NCBI GenBank assembly: GCA_965603825.1
Contig: CBFDEM010000013.1
Span: 372,001 to 436,000, forward strand
Length of the DNA: 64,000 nt
Direction: 5' to 3'
From: Blepharisma stoltei ATCC 30299
Lineage: Eukaryota > Protista > Ciliophora
Below, in pieces: positions 61,786 through 64,000 of the stretch (position 1 is the first letter of the stretch; each line of letters starts with the position of its first letter). The position numbers and the translations under genes are program-made. The notes under the pieces are model-generated. The model had not been told where the DNA came from. It saw nothing but the letters and a program-made list of their open reading frames with translations, and made no database searches.

Positions 61786-62118
61786 TTATTTATTCTCTTT
61801 TTTTTCTTGTTTGTCTCGCTCTCCAAATGTTACTAAATCTGATGCACCTTCCTGCGAGTATATAAAGCCTCCTTGCTGGCTATCATATATATCGTGAAAT
61901 TGGTCTCTTTGCGAAGCAGCCTCAACCTTTGTATTTTGGGATTTACCAAGACCGCTTGGATTCGGTCCTTTTGTAGTTACAGCCATTCCCTCTTTTTGGC
62001 CTTGTAATTGGCTCCCCATTTCTTTAGTTTTATCCCCTGCGACCTCTTGAATGTTCTTCATGCCCTCTTTCTGATCACCACTTTCGTATGGCTGATTTTT
62101 TTCATTTTTTTCTGCCAT
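61786..62118 (-). CDS. Small hydrophilic protein (hydrophilin-like composition)
   Basis: 110-aa ATG..TAA ORF rich in G/E/K/Q, with no Cys or Trp. Confidence 0.7.
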   Translation of the reverse strand: MAEKNEKNQPYESGDQKEGMKNIQEVAGDKTKEMGSQLQGQKEGMAVTTKGPNPSGLGKSQNTKVEAASQRDQFHDIYDSQQGGFIYSQEGASDLVTFGERDKQEKKENK

Positions 62119-62268
62119 TTAATTATTATGGTTTCTTTATGCATCATTCAATTTCTGCGATTTCCGAATACTCGGGCTTATAATTTATTTCAAATAGGAA
62201 TCTTTAAAATAATTAAATATTTTGCCATATTTAATTATGAAAAGTTAATCTTTTTTATCTTAGTCATA

Positions 62269-62517
62269 TTATTTTGTGTCAGAACTTTTAGGCATATGCT
62301 TTTCCATCTCACTTTTGACCTCTTGCTTTATCTCATCGACTTTTGCTGCAGTCCGAGGCATCACTTTTGTTACTTCGTTGCTCACGCCTCTTTTAAGCTT
62401 TTCACCTGCATGCTTTGAATTTCAGTAGCTATTCGGACTATATATTTGATAGCCAATAATTGCCGCTGATATTCCTCCTAGAACCCAGCTCATCCTTATC
62501 CCTCCCATTCCGCTCAT
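62269..62517 (-). CDS. 82-aa single-TM microprotein; absent from the ORF track
   Basis: MSGMGGIRMSWVLGGISAAIIGYQIYSPNSY-W(TGA)-NSKHAGEKLKRGVSNEVTKVMPRTAAKVDEIKQEVKSEMEKHMPKSSDTK-TAA; GC-richer than its flanks. Confidence 0.68.
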
Positions 62518-62561
62518 CTTTATTAATGGACATTATTATTTGAAATTATATTAGGTTATAT

Positions 62562-64000
62562 CTAAGTAGGTCTTGGGTGAGTTTGTTTGTCTCTAACTCT
62601 ATCTTTATAAATATCAAGAAGAAATCTATAGTCGACCATTCCATCTTTCATAGCAACCCCGATGATCTTCCTCCATTGCTCATCACTCAAAGAAATTTCT
62701 CTTAAAAATCCTGACAGCACGTCTTTAGCTTGCTGAAACTCTATTCTCCCGCCTTTGGCTAATGAGTCAAAAGCTGTCTGCAATAGTTTTCTGTTTTTGG
62801 AGATCAGTTTGCAAATATCTTCATATTGTCTCGAGTCTTCCCATGTGTTTCTTTCTACATCTTTAAACGTATTCAGCCACTCTCTCATATCAAGGACACT
62901 ATCTTTTCTGATATCAATAATATCAAACAAATCTTTGAGAATAGTAAAAGGTGGTGCTGACTCATTTGCTAGCTGGCAGAGTCTATTTACTAATGCTGTA
63001 AAATGAGCAAAAGTAAGTTTTCTGTTTCTTTCAGTGTCAAACTGATGAAAAGCGTCTTTTGGAGACAACATATATGAGTACATGTTTTGTCTTAATGTGT
63101 TTAATCGCTGCTGAGCAGTTCCTTTAATGATATGTTCAGTTTCTGGGGTCTTAAATCGTTTTTTAAACTCATCCCAGTCAATCAGTCCGTCGTTATTTGT
63201 ATCAATTCTTGCCTGGATCATATCAATATCTCTCGCTGTTAAGCCTATATTAAGCTTTCTCATTGCATTTCTGAACTCTGTGATTGAAATTTTCCCTGAT
63301 TGGTCAGTGTCCATTTGTTTGAAAATATCTTCCAGGCTGTATGGGCTTGCCCTTATAAGTCCTTGTAGTACTCTTAAGGGATCTTCATCAGTCTTAATAG
63401 ATGATTGGGTCAAAGTAGATGTGGAAGGTCTGGAAGAAACTTTGCTTGAACGGGTGCCTGAAAAAGTACTCATGAATTTGCCATGGTCGAAATGGGTCTT
63501 AAAATCTTGGAATCCTATGAGTGAGCTGCTATTAGAGATAGTGTTTCAGACCCTCGTCAACTCACTTTGATCGAATCGTTTAGGAATTAAAGAAACAATG
63601 GCTTGCTCAAATTCAGACTTTGTCAGCTTGTTTTGAGGGTAGCCTTTATGATAGCTCAAAAAGAAATCAAATGCTGCATTTATGTCAGAAAAATTGCTTC
63701 GAATTGCATCTTTAATCTCTTGCATACATTGACTGGAGTAGTTAAACCCTCCAAGTCCTAAATCCCAATCTTGGTCAGAAATGTATCCTTTCTTATGAGG
63801 ATCTAAGTATGCAAAGAGCTGCTGAATGAGCTGTTGAGTCAAATTGAAGCCAGATAAAGCTTGGCTATCAGATAGCCACTTGGAAAATTGATCCAAAGTA
63901 ATTTTCCCAGTATCTCCTGATACACTATCAAAAGCTGCCCTATAGCTGGCAAAGTGTCGGGAAATATAAATCCCCAGTTGTTGCTTTGCACTTTCTCTCC
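62562..64000 (-). CDS. 5'-truncated multi-EF-hand protein
   Basis: DPHKKGYIS, DTDQSGKISITEF, DTNNDGLIDWDEF, DIRKDSVLDMREW; frame open to the window edge through TGA 63546; TAG 62562. Confidence 0.88.

Noticed and set aside
9543-62228. Recurrent TGCC/GGCA words in intergenic DNA as a promoter motif
   Set aside because: A rough count is close to chance expectation, orientation is inconsistent, and one copy (58131) lies between convergent 3' ends; needs genome-wide motif analysis.
156-63570. Numerous short antisense or alternative-frame ORFs in the track (e.g. 866-1294, 29962-30336, 62008-62418, 63127-63570)
   Set aside because: They are shadows of real genes on the other strand or frame and show no motifs.
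1-64000. Fragmented ORFs read as mass pseudogenisation, operons or selenoproteins
   Set aside because: The fragments are in frame and joined by TGA at conserved Trp (not Cys) positions; code reassignment explains them.

Overview
This is gene-dense, AT-rich eukaryotic DNA, not prokaryotic. Two independent features point to the somatic (macronuclear) genome of a heterotrich ciliate, most likely Blepharisma. First, TGA encodes Trp: it falls at invariant Trp positions in many conserved proteins, and every complete gene ends in TAA or TAG. Second, the only introns found are 15-16 nt GT...AG introns with an A at position 10. The supplied ORF track (TGA = stop, no splicing) fragments most genes and misses two small ones. 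Re-read, the window holds about 40 protein-coding genes, including kinases, a P4-ATPase, CCP5, SYF1, katanin p80, TPX2-like, CLN3, DHHC, PP2C and a LYR protein, with very short intergenic spacers. The most unusual locus is a glycogen phosphorylase carrying an in-frame TAA plus a frameshifting deletion (roughly 100 nt by homology) of the active-site segment. The deletion junction is a TA-containing AGTAT overlap, resembling a cryptic IES excision. I found no tRNA, rRNA, transposon, telomere array or CRISPR. All family assignments come from motif recognition by eye, not database searches.
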